The notes: generated by a model not told the origin, from the sequence alone. Shown: positions 1-9,888, numbered from the stretch's first letter. The stretch: 33,150 bases of DNA from Myxococcaceae bacterium (GCA_037134495.1 JBAXMC010000003.1:1-33150), one strand, 5' to 3'. Numbers and translations are program-made.

Positions 1-225
1 GGTCTTCTCAAAGGCGCTGAGATAACTTCTGGAATTCTCTTGGATCAACACAAACCCATTAACACAGATTTCAGATTACCCAATGAGTGCGCCAGGCATA
101 AAATACTCGATGCTCTAGGTGATTTTGCTTTGCTCGGAGCACCCTTTGTGGCTCGAATCGAACTTTGGAACAATACACACGATTTTCACGGAAAATTGAT
201 CGACAAAATTTCTCGTCTGCTTTAA
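1..225 (+). CDS. lpxC: UDP-3-O-acyl-GlcNAc deacetylase, C-terminal part (truncated by window)
   Basis: Frame open from base 1: GLLKGAEITSGILLD...RLPNECARHKILDALGDFALLG matches the LpxC RHKxLDxxGD Zn motif; lies directly upstream of lpxA. Confidence 0.9.
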   Translation, partial: GLLKGAEITSGILLDQHKPINTDFRLPNECARHKILDALGDFALLGAPFVARIELWNNTHDFHGKLIDKISRLL

Positions 226-234
226 CTTTTCGTC

Positions 235-1005
235 GTGCAGATTCATGCTACGGCTATTATTGATCCAAAGGCTCATCTCTCGAAAGACGTTCACATTGGT
301 GCTTATTCTATCATTGGTCCTGGCGTTTATTTAGAAGACAGAGTAAAAATTCATGAACACGTTGTCATCAAATGCAATACTCGGATTGGCGAAGATTCTG
401 AAATTTATCCCTTTGTATCACTCGGAGAATCTGCACAAGATCTCAAAAGCATCCAAGATAACAATATTCTTATTATTGGGGCCAGAACAACGATTCGAGA
501 ACACAGCAGCATACACGCAGCAAGCCAACCAGGAAAACAAACTCAATTAGGCTCTGATTGTTTTATCATGGGTCAGGTCCATATCGGACATGATTGCAAT
601 ATCGGAAATCACGTTATCATCACCCAAGCTTCTATGTTGGCTGGACACGTCACAATTCACGACTTTGCCAATCTTTCAGGCAACGTCGCTGTTCATCAAG
701 GTGTTAGCATTGGGAAACATGTTTTTGTGGGTGGCAAGACAGGCGTTCGGCAAGATATCGCTCCGTATTGTTCTGTAGAAGGCCACCCTGCTCGTCTACT
801 AGGTTTGAACTCTGTGGGTCTTAAACGTCATGGATTCTTGTTTGAAGACCGATTATTTCTTAAAAAAGCGTTTAAGATTCTTTTTATGAGCAACCTACTT
901 ATAGAAGAAGCTTGCAAGCAGCTCGAGCTCTATCAAAATCCAATGGTCGATGAGCTTTTGCAATTTGCAAGAAATTCGAAACGCGGTTTGTTAAGAAAGC
1001 TATGA
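235..1005 (+). CDS. lpxA: Acyl-ACP--UDP-N-acetylglucosamine O-acyltransferase
   Basis: IHATAIIDPKA start, hexapeptide repeats, QDLK, IREH, HIGHDC, VHQ, GLNSVGLKRHGF; 256 aa. Confidence 0.95.
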   Translation: MQIHATAIIDPKAHLSKDVHIGAYSIIGPGVYLEDRVKIHEHVVIKCNTRIGEDSEIYPFVSLGESAQDLKSIQDNNILIIGARTTIREHSSIHAASQPGKQTQLGSDCFIMGQVHIGHDCNIGNHVIITQASMLAGHVTIHDFANLSGNVAVHQGVSIGKHVFVGGKTGVRQDIAPYCSVEGHPARLLGLNSVGLKRHGFLFEDRLFLKKAFKILFMSNLLIEEACKQLELYQNPMVDELLQFARNSKRGLLRKL

Positions 1006-2003
1006 ACCAAGAAGAAATTAAAAACGCCATTTCAAAAGTCATTGAACATGGACAATTTATTCTCGGACCTGAAGTCTTCGAATTAGAAAATCAACTCGCT
1101 GCTTATACTAAAGCCAAACATTGCATCACGGTATCCAGTGGAACCACAGCAATTCAATTAGCGTTAATGGCCTTGGATATTGGTTTAGGGCATGAAGTTA
1201 TCACAACGCCTTATACGTTTGCAGGTACAGCAGAGGCGATTATATTAGCCGGCGCAAAACCTGTTTTTGTCGATATTGATCCTGAAACTTTCTTGATAAA
1301 CCCTGAAAAGATCGAACAAGTGATTACTCCCCGCACAAGAGCCATTTTACCCGTGAGTTTGTTTGGCCAAATGGCAGACTTAGATTTAATTAATCAAATT
1401 GCTGTGCGACATAATCTCTCAGTCATCGAAGATGCCGCTCAGAGTTTCGGAGCGACTCAAAAAAATTGCAAAAGTACAGCAGCTTCTTTGGTCGGCATTA
1501 CCAGCTTCTATCCAACGAAACCTTTAGGATGTTACGGAGATGGCGGTGCTGTTTTTACAAGCAGCAATATTTTAGCTGACAGAATTCGAGCTCTAAGACA
1601 TCACGGACAAGTTGAGAAAAATCATCATGTCTATGTCGGGCTAACAGGCAGATTAGACACAATTCAAGCAGCTATACTCTTGGTAAAATTACGCCATTTT
1701 GAAACAGAGATTCTCAGACGACAAAGACTGGCCAGTGACTATCAAGCTTCTTTCTCAAATTACCAAATAATTAAAAAATTAGAACAAAACACGCATGTTT
1801 ACGCACAATTTGGAATTTTGAGTAATTCACGCGATGTTTTAAAAGAAGAACTTTTGGCCAGAGGCCTTCAAACAAGCATTCACTATCCAAAATGCTTGCA
1901 TCTGCAACCGGCTTTCGCTTATCTAGGTTACAAAGAGGGAGATTTTCCTTGCGCCGAGAAAGCTTCAAGTTCGATTTTATGCCTGCCCATGTACCATGCC
2001 TAA
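1002..2003 (+). CDS. DegT/DnrJ/EryC1/StrS PLP aminotransferase (GnnB/WbpE-like)
   Basis: IEDAAQSFGA, SFYPTKPLGCYGDGGA (PLP lysine), RLDTIQAAIL; ATGA overlap with lpxA. Confidence 0.92.
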   Translation: MNQEEIKNAISKVIEHGQFILGPEVFELENQLAAYTKAKHCITVSSGTTAIQLALMALDIGLGHEVITTPYTFAGTAEAIILAGAKPVFVDIDPETFLINPEKIEQVITPRTRAILPVSLFGQMADLDLINQIAVRHNLSVIEDAAQSFGATQKNCKSTAASLVGITSFYPTKPLGCYGDGGAVFTSSNILADRIRALRHHGQVEKNHHVYVGLTGRLDTIQAAILLVKLRHFETEILRRQRLASDYQASFSNYQIIKKLEQNTHVYAQFGILSNSRDVLKEELLARGLQTSIHYPKCLHLQPAFAYLGYKEGDFPCAEKASSSILCLPMYHA

Positions 2004-2880
2004 AGATTTAGCACTCATCGGCTGCGGTCGTTGGGGCAAAAACTTGGCCAGAGTGTTTAATAATTTAGGCGTTCTTCATACGATTTACGATCTTAATTTC
2101 GAAGACCTCACCCTAAATCCCTCTCCACCAAGTGTAGAGGGACTTGAAAACAAAATCCGGATAGCTCAGAATTTTGAGACAGCTCTAGATAGTAGCATTA
2201 AAAAAGTAGTTATCGCGACACCCTCTCACACGCATTTTGAGTTGGTTCAGATAGCCTTGGAAGCAGGGAAAGACGTATTGGTTGAAAAACCGATGTGCTT
2301 TGAAACTACACAAGCTGAGATTCTTTGTAAGCTCTCTCAAAAATATCAACGCATCTTAATGGTTGGACATCTGCTCCGATACCATCCAAGCTTTCTCATG
2401 TTACAAAGCTTGATTAAACAAGAATCCATTGGAAAACTGCAGTCTATTCATACGATTCGTTTTCATACAGCCGCTCCTAGACCAGGAGGAGTTTTGATGG
2501 ACTTGGCTATTCATGACTTATCCATGGCATTAGCACTCATGGGCAGCTCTCAGAATATTCATTTAGAAATTCAAGCAGGAAGCTTGCAAGCCGTTAAACA
2601 ACAAAAATTAATCGTAACAGGAACTCTTGGAGAAATTGCTTTTAATGACCAAATGCCTTTTCAGCAGAAACTAAGGCTCAATGGTCGCCTGATTGCTTCA
2701 TTACCCTTGGAGCCTTTAGAATTAGAATGTCGGCATTTTTTAAAAGCTTGTTTAAATCGCTTGCCCCCTTGGACAGATGCCAAAGAATCACTCAGGATAC
2801 TTGGTTTCATGGAACAATGTCAGATCGAAACAAACTCAAATTTTGCAAACTTGGTTTTTGACAGCAGGGAAAACACATGA
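1996..2880 (+). CDS. Gfo/Idh/MocA NAD-dependent oxidoreductase (GnnA/WbpB-like)
   Basis: IGCGRWG Rossmann motif, IATPSHTH, VEKPM, VGHLLRYHP, DLAIHD; contains the in-frame repeat at 2105-2141. Confidence 0.9.
   Translation: MPKDLALIGCGRWGKNLARVFNNLGVLHTIYDLNFEDLTLNPSPPSVEGLENKIRIAQNFETALDSSIKKVVIATPSHTHFELVQIALEAGKDVLVEKPMCFETTQAEILCKLSQKYQRILMVGHLLRYHPSFLMLQSLIKQESIGKLQSIHTIRFHTAAPRPGGVLMDLAIHDLSMALALMGSSQNIHLEIQAGSLQAVKQQKLIVTGTLGEIAFNDQMPFQQKLRLNGRLIASLPLEPLELECRHFLKACLNRLPPWTDAKESLRILGFMEQCQIETNSNFANLVFDSRENT
2105..2141 (+). repeat. Intragenic palindromic repeat, copy 1 (diverged; encodes LTLNPSPPSVEG)
   Basis: acctcaccctaaatccctctccaccaagtgtagaggg, similar to 8363-8399 and 22903-22939. 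Confidence 0.9.
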
Positions 2881-3068
2881 AGCCTTTTGTATTCATGATG
2901 CTGCTGATGGCAGCGCCAATTCATGCCAGCCAAGTTCACGACAAAATGGCACGAAATGCTTGTATTGCTCTGGCTGCAGGCCTAGTATTAGTCGGGCCTG
3001 CTTGGTGGGTCATCTTACTGGCAACACCTGAAGGCTCAAGATTTCTCAGCAATCTGCTCTATCGATAG
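2877..3068 (+). CDS. Small hypothetical protein with signal peptide and one TM segment
   Basis: ATGA overlap with the upstream gene; MKPFVFMMLLMAAPIHA signal-like N-terminus, then hydrophobic IALAAGLVLVGPAWWVILL. Confidence 0.6.
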   Translation: MKPFVFMMLLMAAPIHASQVHDKMARNACIALAAGLVLVGPAWWVILLATPEGSRFLSNLLYR

Positions 3069-3100
3069 ACCATGCCCATGGCTTCGCGAACTTCGTCAAG
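3059..3100 (-). repeat. Displaced duplicate of the trpS 3' end (LDEVREAMGMVYR-stop)
   Basis: 3065-3100 matches 4011-4046 at 32/36 nt; all four differences are synonymous third positions. Confidence 0.93.
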
Positions 3101-3112
3101 AAAGCAGACATA

Positions 3113-3420
3113 TTATGACTTTGCAAATCGCATCAATGGTTCGCAGTTGTTTTGGTCTGCTTCACGCAAAGCCGTCAAATAGTTCTTTCGAAGTTCTCCA
3201 GTCGTTGTAATAGTACCAATATGCCTTGTCTTTAGGCCCCAACTAAAGCGAGGCCCGCCCATTTGAACAACCAGCAAATCAGCCATGAGACGAGCATGTC
3301 GCCCATTGCCATTAGGAAATTGAGCAGATTTTGAGTTGTCACATGCTTAGGCAACAGACCTTTCAAATCATCTGGATCGAGAGGAGTTGAACCCTCAGCG
3401 TCAAAAAACTTGTTAGTCAT
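3113..3420 (-). pseudogene. Mobile mystery protein B (Fic family), internally deleted and frameshifted
   Basis: N-terminus GSTPLDPDDLKGLLPKHVTTQ is joined near 3320 to a second frame reading FPNGNGRHARLMADLL...FSWG...YLTALREAD...PLMRFAKS-stop. Confidence 0.85.
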
Positions 3421-3871
3421 TCCAGAGTTCCCTTGGTTTTGTGTCTATAAGTTCTTTTGCCAATTCACTTATCTGCTGATGCTGTTCTTTCTTGCTAACA
3501 AGCTGGTCTTCAAGCTCCATCGAATGACTTAATATGGCAAGGCGCCCTGAAGCAACTTTTTTTGCCTGTTTTTCTATTATTTCTTCAATGGGTTCTCTAG
3601 GAATCAAAAAATAGACAAAATCACAATTGAGAGCGTCTGCTGCCGCTTGTATACTCTTTAAAGCAGCGGTCCCTTCAATCTCATTTTTTTCTAACTCGCT
3701 TACGCGTTGCTGAGAGACATTGAGCCGTTTACCTAACTGCCCTGCAGTCATCCCGAAAGCTTCGCGCATGGTTTTGACCCATCCCAACGCAGGCCTGCTC
3801 ACTTTTGTTGTAGATTGCAGCCACCTAAGTTGCTGTTCCAACTGACGAATCATGAGTTTTCTCATAAACAC
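3413..3871 (-). CDS. Mobile mystery protein A (XRE-family HTH protein)
   Basis: GWVKTMREAFGMTAGQLGKRLNVSQQRVSELEKNE, HSMELEDQ, C-terminal LW; paired with the Fic remnant. Start GTG 3871 or ATG 3865. Confidence 0.88.
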   Translation of the reverse strand: MFMRKLMIRQLEQQLRWLQSTTKVSRPALGWVKTMREAFGMTAGQLGKRLNVSQQRVSELEKNEIEGTAALKSIQAAADALNCDFVYFLIPREPIEEIIEKQAKKVASGRLAILSHSMELEDQLVSKKEQHQQISELAKELIDTKPRELWND

Positions 3872-3880
3872 AAACCACCT

Positions 3881-3955
3881 ATAACTTGTATCCAGTTAAA
3901 AAAATACATGTTAAAGCTTGTTTTGTCAATATATTTTAACAAGTTATGACTTGTT
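3881..3955 (-). promoter_or_regulatory. Sigma70-like promoter and inverted repeats (putative operators) of mobile mystery A
   Basis: Minus strand TTGACA(3929-3924)-N17-TATTTT(3906-3901); inverted pair ataacttgt (3881) / acaagttat (3939); imperfect palindrome aacaagttatgacttgtt 3938-3955. Confidence 0.55.
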
Positions 3956-4001
3956 CACCGGCAGACAAGCTCAGAAAAACTCAGCGCGAATTTTGAATTT
4001 C

Positions 4002-5069
4002 CTATAAGCCATAAACCATACCCATGGCTTCGCGGACTTCGTCCAGTGTCTTCGCACCGATTTCACGAGCACCTTCGTTGCCAATAGAAAGGACTTTAGA
4101 AACCAGGTTCGGATCTTTGGCAAATTCTAATCTGCGCTGACGCATAGGCGCCAAATAAGCATTGAGGCTCTCTGTAAGCAAAGATTTCAGTTTGCCTGAA
4201 CCCTGATCTCCAATTTGATCAGCGATTTGAATAGGTGTTTGACCTGTACACAAAGAGATTAGCCTCAGTAAATTAGCGACTTCAGGCCTATTCTCAGGCT
4301 CATAAGTGATCTGTCTTTCAGCATCTGTTTTGGCTGATTTGATTAGCTTGGCTGTCTCATCTTCTGTCGCTTTCAAAAAGATCGCATTATTGCGGCTTTT
4401 ACTCATCTTCTGCGAACCATCTAAACCCAAGATAGTGGGTGCTTCACTGAGCAGAGCATCAGGCTCTGGAAAAATATTTTTAAATCTTTCGTTAAAGCGT
4501 CTGGCAATTTTACGCGAGAGTTCTAAGTGCGGCAGTTGATCTTTACCCACTGGCACTAAATTACCCTTACAGAATAAAATATCAGCTGCTTGATGCACTG
4601 GATAAGTCAGCATGGCTGCATTCATAATATTTATGCCAGCTGCACGGATTTCGTCTTTAACCGTTGGATTTCGCTCCAATTCTCGAACACTCACCAAAGT
4701 TAAGAAGGGCAACAAAAGCTGGTTTAACTCTGGAATCGCACTATGTGCAAAGATCACCGTTTTTTGCTTAAACGGATCCAGGCCGGCCGCCAAATAGTCT
4801 AATAAGATCTCGCTTACATTAGATTGGATCTGTCCCACAGAATCTCGATCAGTCAAAACTTGATAATCCGCGATCACAATAAAAGTTTCTAAGCCCATAT
4901 TTTGGAGTCGAACCCGATTTGCAAGGGTTCCAAAATAGTGCCCTATGTGCAAAGCACCCGTTGGCCGATCGCCCGTTAGAACTCGATATTTCTGAGGATT
5001 ATTTAATAAATCAGCCGAAATTAGTTCGCTTTTTCTGATAGCTTCTTCAAAAGTTGAGTGGGATGTCAT
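4002..5069 (-). CDS. trpS: Tryptophan--tRNA ligase
   Basis: TGDRPTGALHIGH, YPVHQAADIL, VPVGKDQLPH, KMSKS; ATG at 5069 preferred over the TTG at 5108. Confidence 0.96.
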   Translation of the reverse strand: MTSHSTFEEAIRKSELISADLLNNPQKYRVLTGDRPTGALHIGHYFGTLANRVRLQNMGLETFIVIADYQVLTDRDSVGQIQSNVSEILLDYLAAGLDPFKQKTVIFAHSAIPELNQLLLPFLTLVSVRELERNPTVKDEIRAAGINIMNAAMLTYPVHQAADILFCKGNLVPVGKDQLPHLELSRKIARRFNERFKNIFPEPDALLSEAPTILGLDGSQKMSKSRNNAIFLKATEDETAKLIKSAKTDAERQITYEPENRPEVANLLRLISLCTGQTPIQIADQIGDQGSGKLKSLLTESLNAYLAPMRQRRLEFAKDPNLVSKVLSIGNEGAREIGAKTLDEVREAMGMVYGL

Positions 5070-5150
5070 AGAAATAAGATCCTTATGGCCTATTGACATT
5101 GGATGCAAGATCGATACAAGTCAAAAGTTCATATTTTTTAGGAGTCAAAC

Positions 5151-5264
5151 ATGAAGGTACGAGCCTCTGTTAAGAGGATTTGTGACAAATGTAAGGTAGT
5201 CAAGCGTAAGGGCGTCGTCCGTGTAATTTGCGAAGACACCCGTCATAAGCAGCGACAAGGATAA
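5151..5264 (+). CDS. rpmJ: 50S ribosomal protein L36 (absent from ORF track)
   Basis: [37 protein letters not shown]; AGGAG Shine-Dalgarno upstream. Confidence 0.98.
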   Translation: MKVRASVKRICDKCKVVKRKGVVRVICEDTRHKQRQG

Positions 5265-5273
5265 CGATCAAAA

Positions 5274-5636
5274 ATGGCACGTATTGCAGGTGTAGATTTA
5301 CCCCGAAACAAAAGAATGGGCACAGCGCTCACTTACATTTATGGCATTGGTCCCGTGATCGCTAAAGACGTTCTGGCCAAAGCTAACGTAGATGAAGACA
5401 AACGCACAGATGCTTTAGGTGAAGACGAGATCGCACGGATTCGTGACGTACTCGAAGCTAACTATAAAGTAGAAGGTGATTTGAGACGCGAAGTTTCCAT
5501 GAACATCAAACGTTTAATGGACCTTGGCTGTTACAGAGGCCTCAGACATCGTAAAGGCTTGCCTGTACGCGGTCAAAGAACCCACTCGAATGCACGAACC
5601 CGCAGAGGCGGCAAACGTGGCGTGGTCCGACGTTAA
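5274..5636 (+). CDS. rpsM: 30S ribosomal protein S13
   Basis: [27 protein letters not shown]. Confidence 0.98.
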   Translation: MARIAGVDLPRNKRMGTALTYIYGIGPVIAKDVLAKANVDEDKRTDALGEDEIARIRDVLEANYKVEGDLRREVSMNIKRLMDLGCYRGLRHRKGLPVRGQRTHSNARTRRGGKRGVVRR

Positions 5637-5657
5637 TAACTTTTGATGAGAGATTAA

Positions 5658-6044
5658 ATGGCAACCGAAACAAAAACAAAAAAACGAGTCAAAAAGAATG
5701 TCACCCAGGGCATCGCTCACGTTTACACAACTTTTAACAACACGATCATAACCATCGCGGATACAACTGGCGCAGCTGTCTCTTGGGCAAGCTGTGGCAG
5801 CAAAGGTTTTAAGGGCTCCAAAAAGAGCACGCCGTTCGCAGCTCAGGTTGCAGCAGAAGAAGCCTGCCGCAGAGCCAAAGATCATGGCATGAAGGCATTA
5901 GAAGTGTACATCAAAGGTCCTGGAGCAGGTCGTGAATCTGCCTTGCGTGCCATTTCCAGCTGTGGAATGCGCGTAACCATGATTAAAGATGTAACTCCTG
6001 TACCACATAATGGTTGCAGGCCTGCAAAACGTAGAAGAGTTTAA
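5658..6044 (+). CDS. rpsK: 30S ribosomal protein S11
   Basis: [29 protein letters not shown]. Confidence 0.98.
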   Translation: MATETKTKKRVKKNVTQGIAHVYTTFNNTIITIADTTGAAVSWASCGSKGFKGSKKSTPFAAQVAAEEACRRAKDHGMKALEVYIKGPGAGRESALRAISSCGMRVTMIKDVTPVPHNGCRPAKRRRV

Positions 6045-6074
6045 ATTTTTTTTAGTTAAGAAGGTGATTTTCAT

Positions 6075-7100
6075 ATGCATCGTAATTGGCGAACATTAAT
6101 TCGGCCTAAAGGCTTAGTTGTTGACCGTGATGTCAGCGACAGCCGTTATGGCAAATTTGTATTAGAACCCCTAGAGCGTGGCTACGGTACTACTTTAGGT
6201 AACGCCTTACGCCGGACTTCACTCTCTTCTTTGCAAGGTTCAGCAATTACAGCGATCAAAATCGAAGGCGCTCAGCATGAGTTTACTTCTTTGCCTGATG
6301 TTAAAGAAGATGGCACTGAAATCGTTCTGAATCTGAAAGAAATCAATCTTAAGTTGCATGATGTCACTCACAAGTCCGCTCGGATTTCTAAAAAAGGTCC
6401 CTGTGAGATTCGCGCTAAAGACATTGAAGTAGATTCTTCGGTTGAAATCTTGGATCCTGAACAATACATCTGTACTGTTGCAGAAGGCGGCGTATTCAAA
6501 GCTGAGCTCACCATCAAAGGTGGCCGTGGCTATGTCCCTGCAGCTCAAATCAGAGATGAAGATCAGCCTGTCGGCACCATCAACATCGATGCTTTGTTCA
6601 GCCCTGTTCGCAAAGTGAACTACCACGTGACCAATGCTCGTGTGGGTCAACAAACCGATTATGATAAGTTGGTGATGGAAATCTGGACCAATGGGTCTGT
6701 GACTCCAGAAGACGCTTTGGGAATCTCTGCGAAGATCATGAAAGAACAGCTTTCAATCTTCATCAACTTCTCTGAAGATCTTGAACCCGTCTTGCCAGAA
6801 GCCACTCACCGTGTTGAGCGCCTCAATGATCATTTAAGCCGTACGGTTGAAGAACTCGAACTTTCAGTTCGATCTGCCAACTGTCTAGCTAACGCAAATA
6901 TTAGATTAATTGGTGATCTGGTACAAAGAAGCGAAAGCGAAATGCTCAAGACTAAGAATTTTGGTCGTAAGAGTCTCAAAGAAATCAAAGAAATCTTGGG
7001 CGAAATGGGCCTCTCATTGGGGATGCGAATCACCAACTGGCCTCCAAAACCAGGAACAACTCCGACTGCTACCCCTTCTGAATCGAGCGATGGAATCTAA
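6075..7100 (+). CDS. rpoA: RNA polymerase alpha subunit
   Basis: [36 protein letters not shown]. Confidence 0.98.
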   Translation: MHRNWRTLIRPKGLVVDRDVSDSRYGKFVLEPLERGYGTTLGNALRRTSLSSLQGSAITAIKIEGAQHEFTSLPDVKEDGTEIVLNLKEINLKLHDVTHKSARISKKGPCEIRAKDIEVDSSVEILDPEQYICTVAEGGVFKAELTIKGGRGYVPAAQIRDEDQPVGTINIDALFSPVRKVNYHVTNARVGQQTDYDKLVMEIWTNGSVTPEDALGISAKIMKEQLSIFINFSEDLEPVLPEATHRVERLNDHLSRTVEELELSVRSANCLANANIRLIGDLVQRSESEMLKTKNFGRKSLKEIKEILGEMGLSLGMRITNWPPKPGTTPTATPSESSDGI

Positions 7101-7103
7101 TTT

Positions 7104-7457
7104 ATGCGTCACTTAAACAAAGGCCGAAAACTTAACCGTACCTCTTCTCACCGCAAAGCGATGTTTGCCAATATGGCGACTTCATTGTTCTTGCATGAGC
7201 GCATTACGACAACAGATGCTAAAGCCAAAGATCTTCGCGGTGTTGCTGAAGGTTTGATTCAACTCGGTAAGCGTGGTGATTTGCACGCACGACGTCAAGC
7301 TTTTCAAACCATCAGAGATCAAGCAGTTCTCAAAAAACTATTTGATGTGATCGCACCTAAGTATCAGGACCGTCAAGGTGGCTATACTCGGATCATGAAG
7401 AACGGCATTCGTAAAGGCGACTGCGCTCCTCTTTCTGTTATCGAATTGGTGGCCTAA
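7104..7457 (+). CDS. rplQ: 50S ribosomal protein L17
   Basis: [27 protein letters not shown]. Confidence 0.98.
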   Translation: MRHLNKGRKLNRTSSHRKAMFANMATSLFLHERITTTDAKAKDLRGVAEGLIQLGKRGDLHARRQAFQTIRDQAVLKKLFDVIAPKYQDRQGGYTRIMKNGIRKGDCAPLSVIELVA

Positions 7458-7466
7458 GGGCCTCTT

Positions 7467-7543
7467 GACGATGTAGCTCAGTTGGTTAGAGCGATGGTCT
7501 CATAATCCATAGGTCGGGGGTTCGAATCCCCCTTTCGTCACCA
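7467..7543 (+). tRNA. tRNA with CAT anticodon, probably elongator tRNA-Met (Ile2 not excluded)
   Basis: Acceptor GACGATG/TTTCGTC, D-arm GCTC/GAGC, anticodon loop CT-CAT-AA, T-arm GGGGG-TTCGAAT-CCCCC, encoded ACCA; paired 1-72 and no GGG/CCC anticodon stem, so not the initiator. Confidence 0.93.
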
Positions 7544-7545
7544 TT

Positions 7546-9888
7546 ATGACCTACGACCCCTCGAAAATAGAAGCAAAGTGGCAAACACGCTGGGAACAAG
7601 ACAAGACTTTTGAAGTCTCCCAGGATTTGACCGAGCTTCGTAAAAAACCCAAATATTATGTTCTAGACATGTTTCCGTACCCCTCTGGAGCTGGCTTACA
7701 CGTAGGTCACCCTGAAGGCTACACCGCGACAGACGTCATGGCGAGATTAAAACGAGCCATGGGTTATAACGTCATGCACCCCATGGGTTGGGATGCATTT
7801 GGACTCCCAGCAGAACGAGCTGCTATGCGGGACAATATTCACCCGGCGATTATTACCAAACGCAACATAGATAACTTTAGAGGCCAGATTAAGCGACTGG
7901 GCTTTAGCTATGACTGGTCCAGAGAAGTCAGTACGACGGATCCTGATTATTACAAATGGACCCAGTGGATCTTTCTAAAACTTTACGAGAAGAATTTGGC
8001 TTATTTAGCTGAAGTGCCTGTCAATTGGTGCCCTGCCCTTTGCACTGTCTTGGCCAACGAAGAAGTGAAAGATGGCAAATACGTAGAAACAGGCGATTTG
8101 GTTGAGCAGCGCGTCATGCGTCAGTGGATGCTCAAGATCACAGCCTATGCCGAAAGATTGCTAGAAGATCTAGAAGGCTTAGACTGGCCAGAAGGCGTGA
8201 AAGAAATGCAGCGCAACTGGATCGGCAAGTCTACGGGTTCTGAAATAGAATTTGAGATCGAAGGTCGTTCAGAAAAACTAAAAATCTATACAACCAGGCC
8301 CGATACTTTGCTCGGTGTGACTTTCTGTGTGATCGCGCATGGGCATGCATTGAACCTCGGAAACCTCACCCCCAACCCCTCTCCACCAAGTGGAGAGGGT
8401 AGTAATACGGGTATGAATGCTATTCACCCGATTACGGGCGAAAAACTGCCGATTTGGGTGGCTGATTATGTTCTGGCTGATTACGGCACAGGCGCGATCA
8501 TGGCTGTTCCCGAAACAGACGAGCGTGATCAGGCCTTTGCGAAACTTCATAACTTGTCGATTAGAACCTACGAGCCTTTGGAAGAATCCAAATGGCCAGG
8601 TGTTCGTAAAACTCAGTATAAGCTACGCGATTGGCTATTTTCGAGACAACGCTACTGGGGTGAGCCGATCCCCGTTGTTCACCTAGAAGATGGCTCTTTG
8701 CATGCTCTGTCAGAAAGCGATCTGCCTTTAGAGCTCCCCAAAGTAGACGCGTATAAACCCACAGATTCAGGTGAACCCCCACTAGCCAGAGCTTCTGAAG
8801 ACTGGCTAGAAGTTAAGTTACCTAATGGTCAAATTGGCCGCCGTGAAACCAATACGATGCCTCAATGGGGTGGGTCTTGCTGGTATTACCTGCGCTATTT
8901 AGACCCTAAGAACTCAGAGAAATTCTGCGCTTCCGAATTAGAACAATACTGGATGCCAGTTGATCTTTATGTGGGTGGTGTTGAGCACGCTGTTTTGCAC
9001 TTACTCTATGCTAGATTCTGGCACAAAGTTTTATATGATTGCGGCGTGGTCTCTACGAAAGAACCGTTTCAAAAGCTCTTTAATCAAGGCATGATTTTAG
9101 CGCACAGCTACCAAGATGAAGCCGGAAAATATTACTATCCAGAAGAAGTGGAACAAAAGGGCGCAGATTGGTTTGTTAAAACTTCGGGTGTGCCGGTCAA
9201 AACTCAAGTCGAAAAGATGTCTAAATCTCGCTACAACGTAGTGAACCCAGACGATGTCATCGCCAAATACGGTGCCGATTCAATGAGACTTTACGAGCTC
9301 TTCATGGGGCCGTTAGATCAAGTAAAACCTTGGCAAACCAATGGCGTTGAAGGCGTTTATAGATTCTTACAGCGCGCTTGGCGTTTAGCGACACGTGAGT
9401 TGTCTGATGATCCTGGCAGTTCAAATCCAGAATTATGGCGCCTGTATCACAAAACCCTCAAACAAGTTCAAGAACATACGCTGGAGCTGCGTTATAACAC
9501 TGCGATCTCACAGATGATGATCTTCGTGAACGAAGCAACAGCTGCAAAAATTTTACCCAAAGAGATTATTCTAGGCTTCTTAAAAACTTTGGCACCCTAT
9601 GCGCCGCATATTTGCGAAGAACTTTGGGAACGCCTGGGTCAAAAAGAGTTAATTTCTAAGACCTCATGGCCTGCTTTTGATTCTGCTCTGTGCGTAGAAG
9701 ATGAAGTAACAATAGGCGTTCAAATCAACGGCAAGCGCCGCGATGAAATGAAAGTAGCACGAGGACTATCGAAAGAAATCTTAGAGAAACAGGCTCTGGA
9801 ACTGGAACAGGTCAAATATTTTCTAAACGGTGCTGTGCCTAAGAAAATAATCGTTGTGCCGGACAGAATTGTGAATCTGGTGGTTTAA
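7546..9888 (+). CDS. leuS: Leucine--tRNA ligase with shortened CP1 editing domain
   Basis: [46 protein letters not shown]. Confidence 0.97.
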   Translation: MTYDPSKIEAKWQTRWEQDKTFEVSQDLTELRKKPKYYVLDMFPYPSGAGLHVGHPEGYTATDVMARLKRAMGYNVMHPMGWDAFGLPAERAAMRDNIHPAIITKRNIDNFRGQIKRLGFSYDWSREVSTTDPDYYKWTQWIFLKLYEKNLAYLAEVPVNWCPALCTVLANEEVKDGKYVETGDLVEQRVMRQWMLKITAYAERLLEDLEGLDWPEGVKEMQRNWIGKSTGSEIEFEIEGRSEKLKIYTTRPDTLLGVTFCVIAHGHALNLGNLTPNPSPPSGEGSNTGMNAIHPITGEKLPIWVADYVLADYGTGAIMAVPETDERDQAFAKLHNLSIRTYEPLEESKWPGVRKTQYKLRDWLFSRQRYWGEPIPVVHLEDGSLHALSESDLPLELPKVDAYKPTDSGEPPLARASEDWLEVKLPNGQIGRRETNTMPQWGGSCWYYLRYLDPKNSEKFCASELEQYWMPVDLYVGGVEHAVLHLLYARFWHKVLYDCGVVSTKEPFQKLFNQGMILAHSYQDEAGKYYYPEEVEQKGADWFVKTSGVPVKTQVEKMSKSRYNVVNPDDVIAKYGADSMRLYELFMGPLDQVKPWQTNGVEGVYRFLQRAWRLATRELSDDPGSSNPELWRLYHKTLKQVQEHTLELRYNTAISQMMIFVNEATAAKILPKEIILGFLKTLAPYAPHICEELWERLGQKELISKTSWPAFDSALCVEDEVTIGVQINGKRRDEMKVARGLSKEILEKQALELEQVKYFLNGAVPKKIIVVPDRIVNLVV
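8363..8399 (+). repeat. Intragenic palindromic repeat, copy 2 (encodes [12 protein letters not shown])
   Basis: acctcacccccaacccctctccaccaagtggagaggg; 9-bp stem ccctctcca/tggagaggg with loop ccaag. Confidence 0.95.

Noticed and set aside
7467-7543. tRNA as an island attachment site
   Set aside because: No duplicated tRNA 3' end seen in the window, and it is followed directly by leuS
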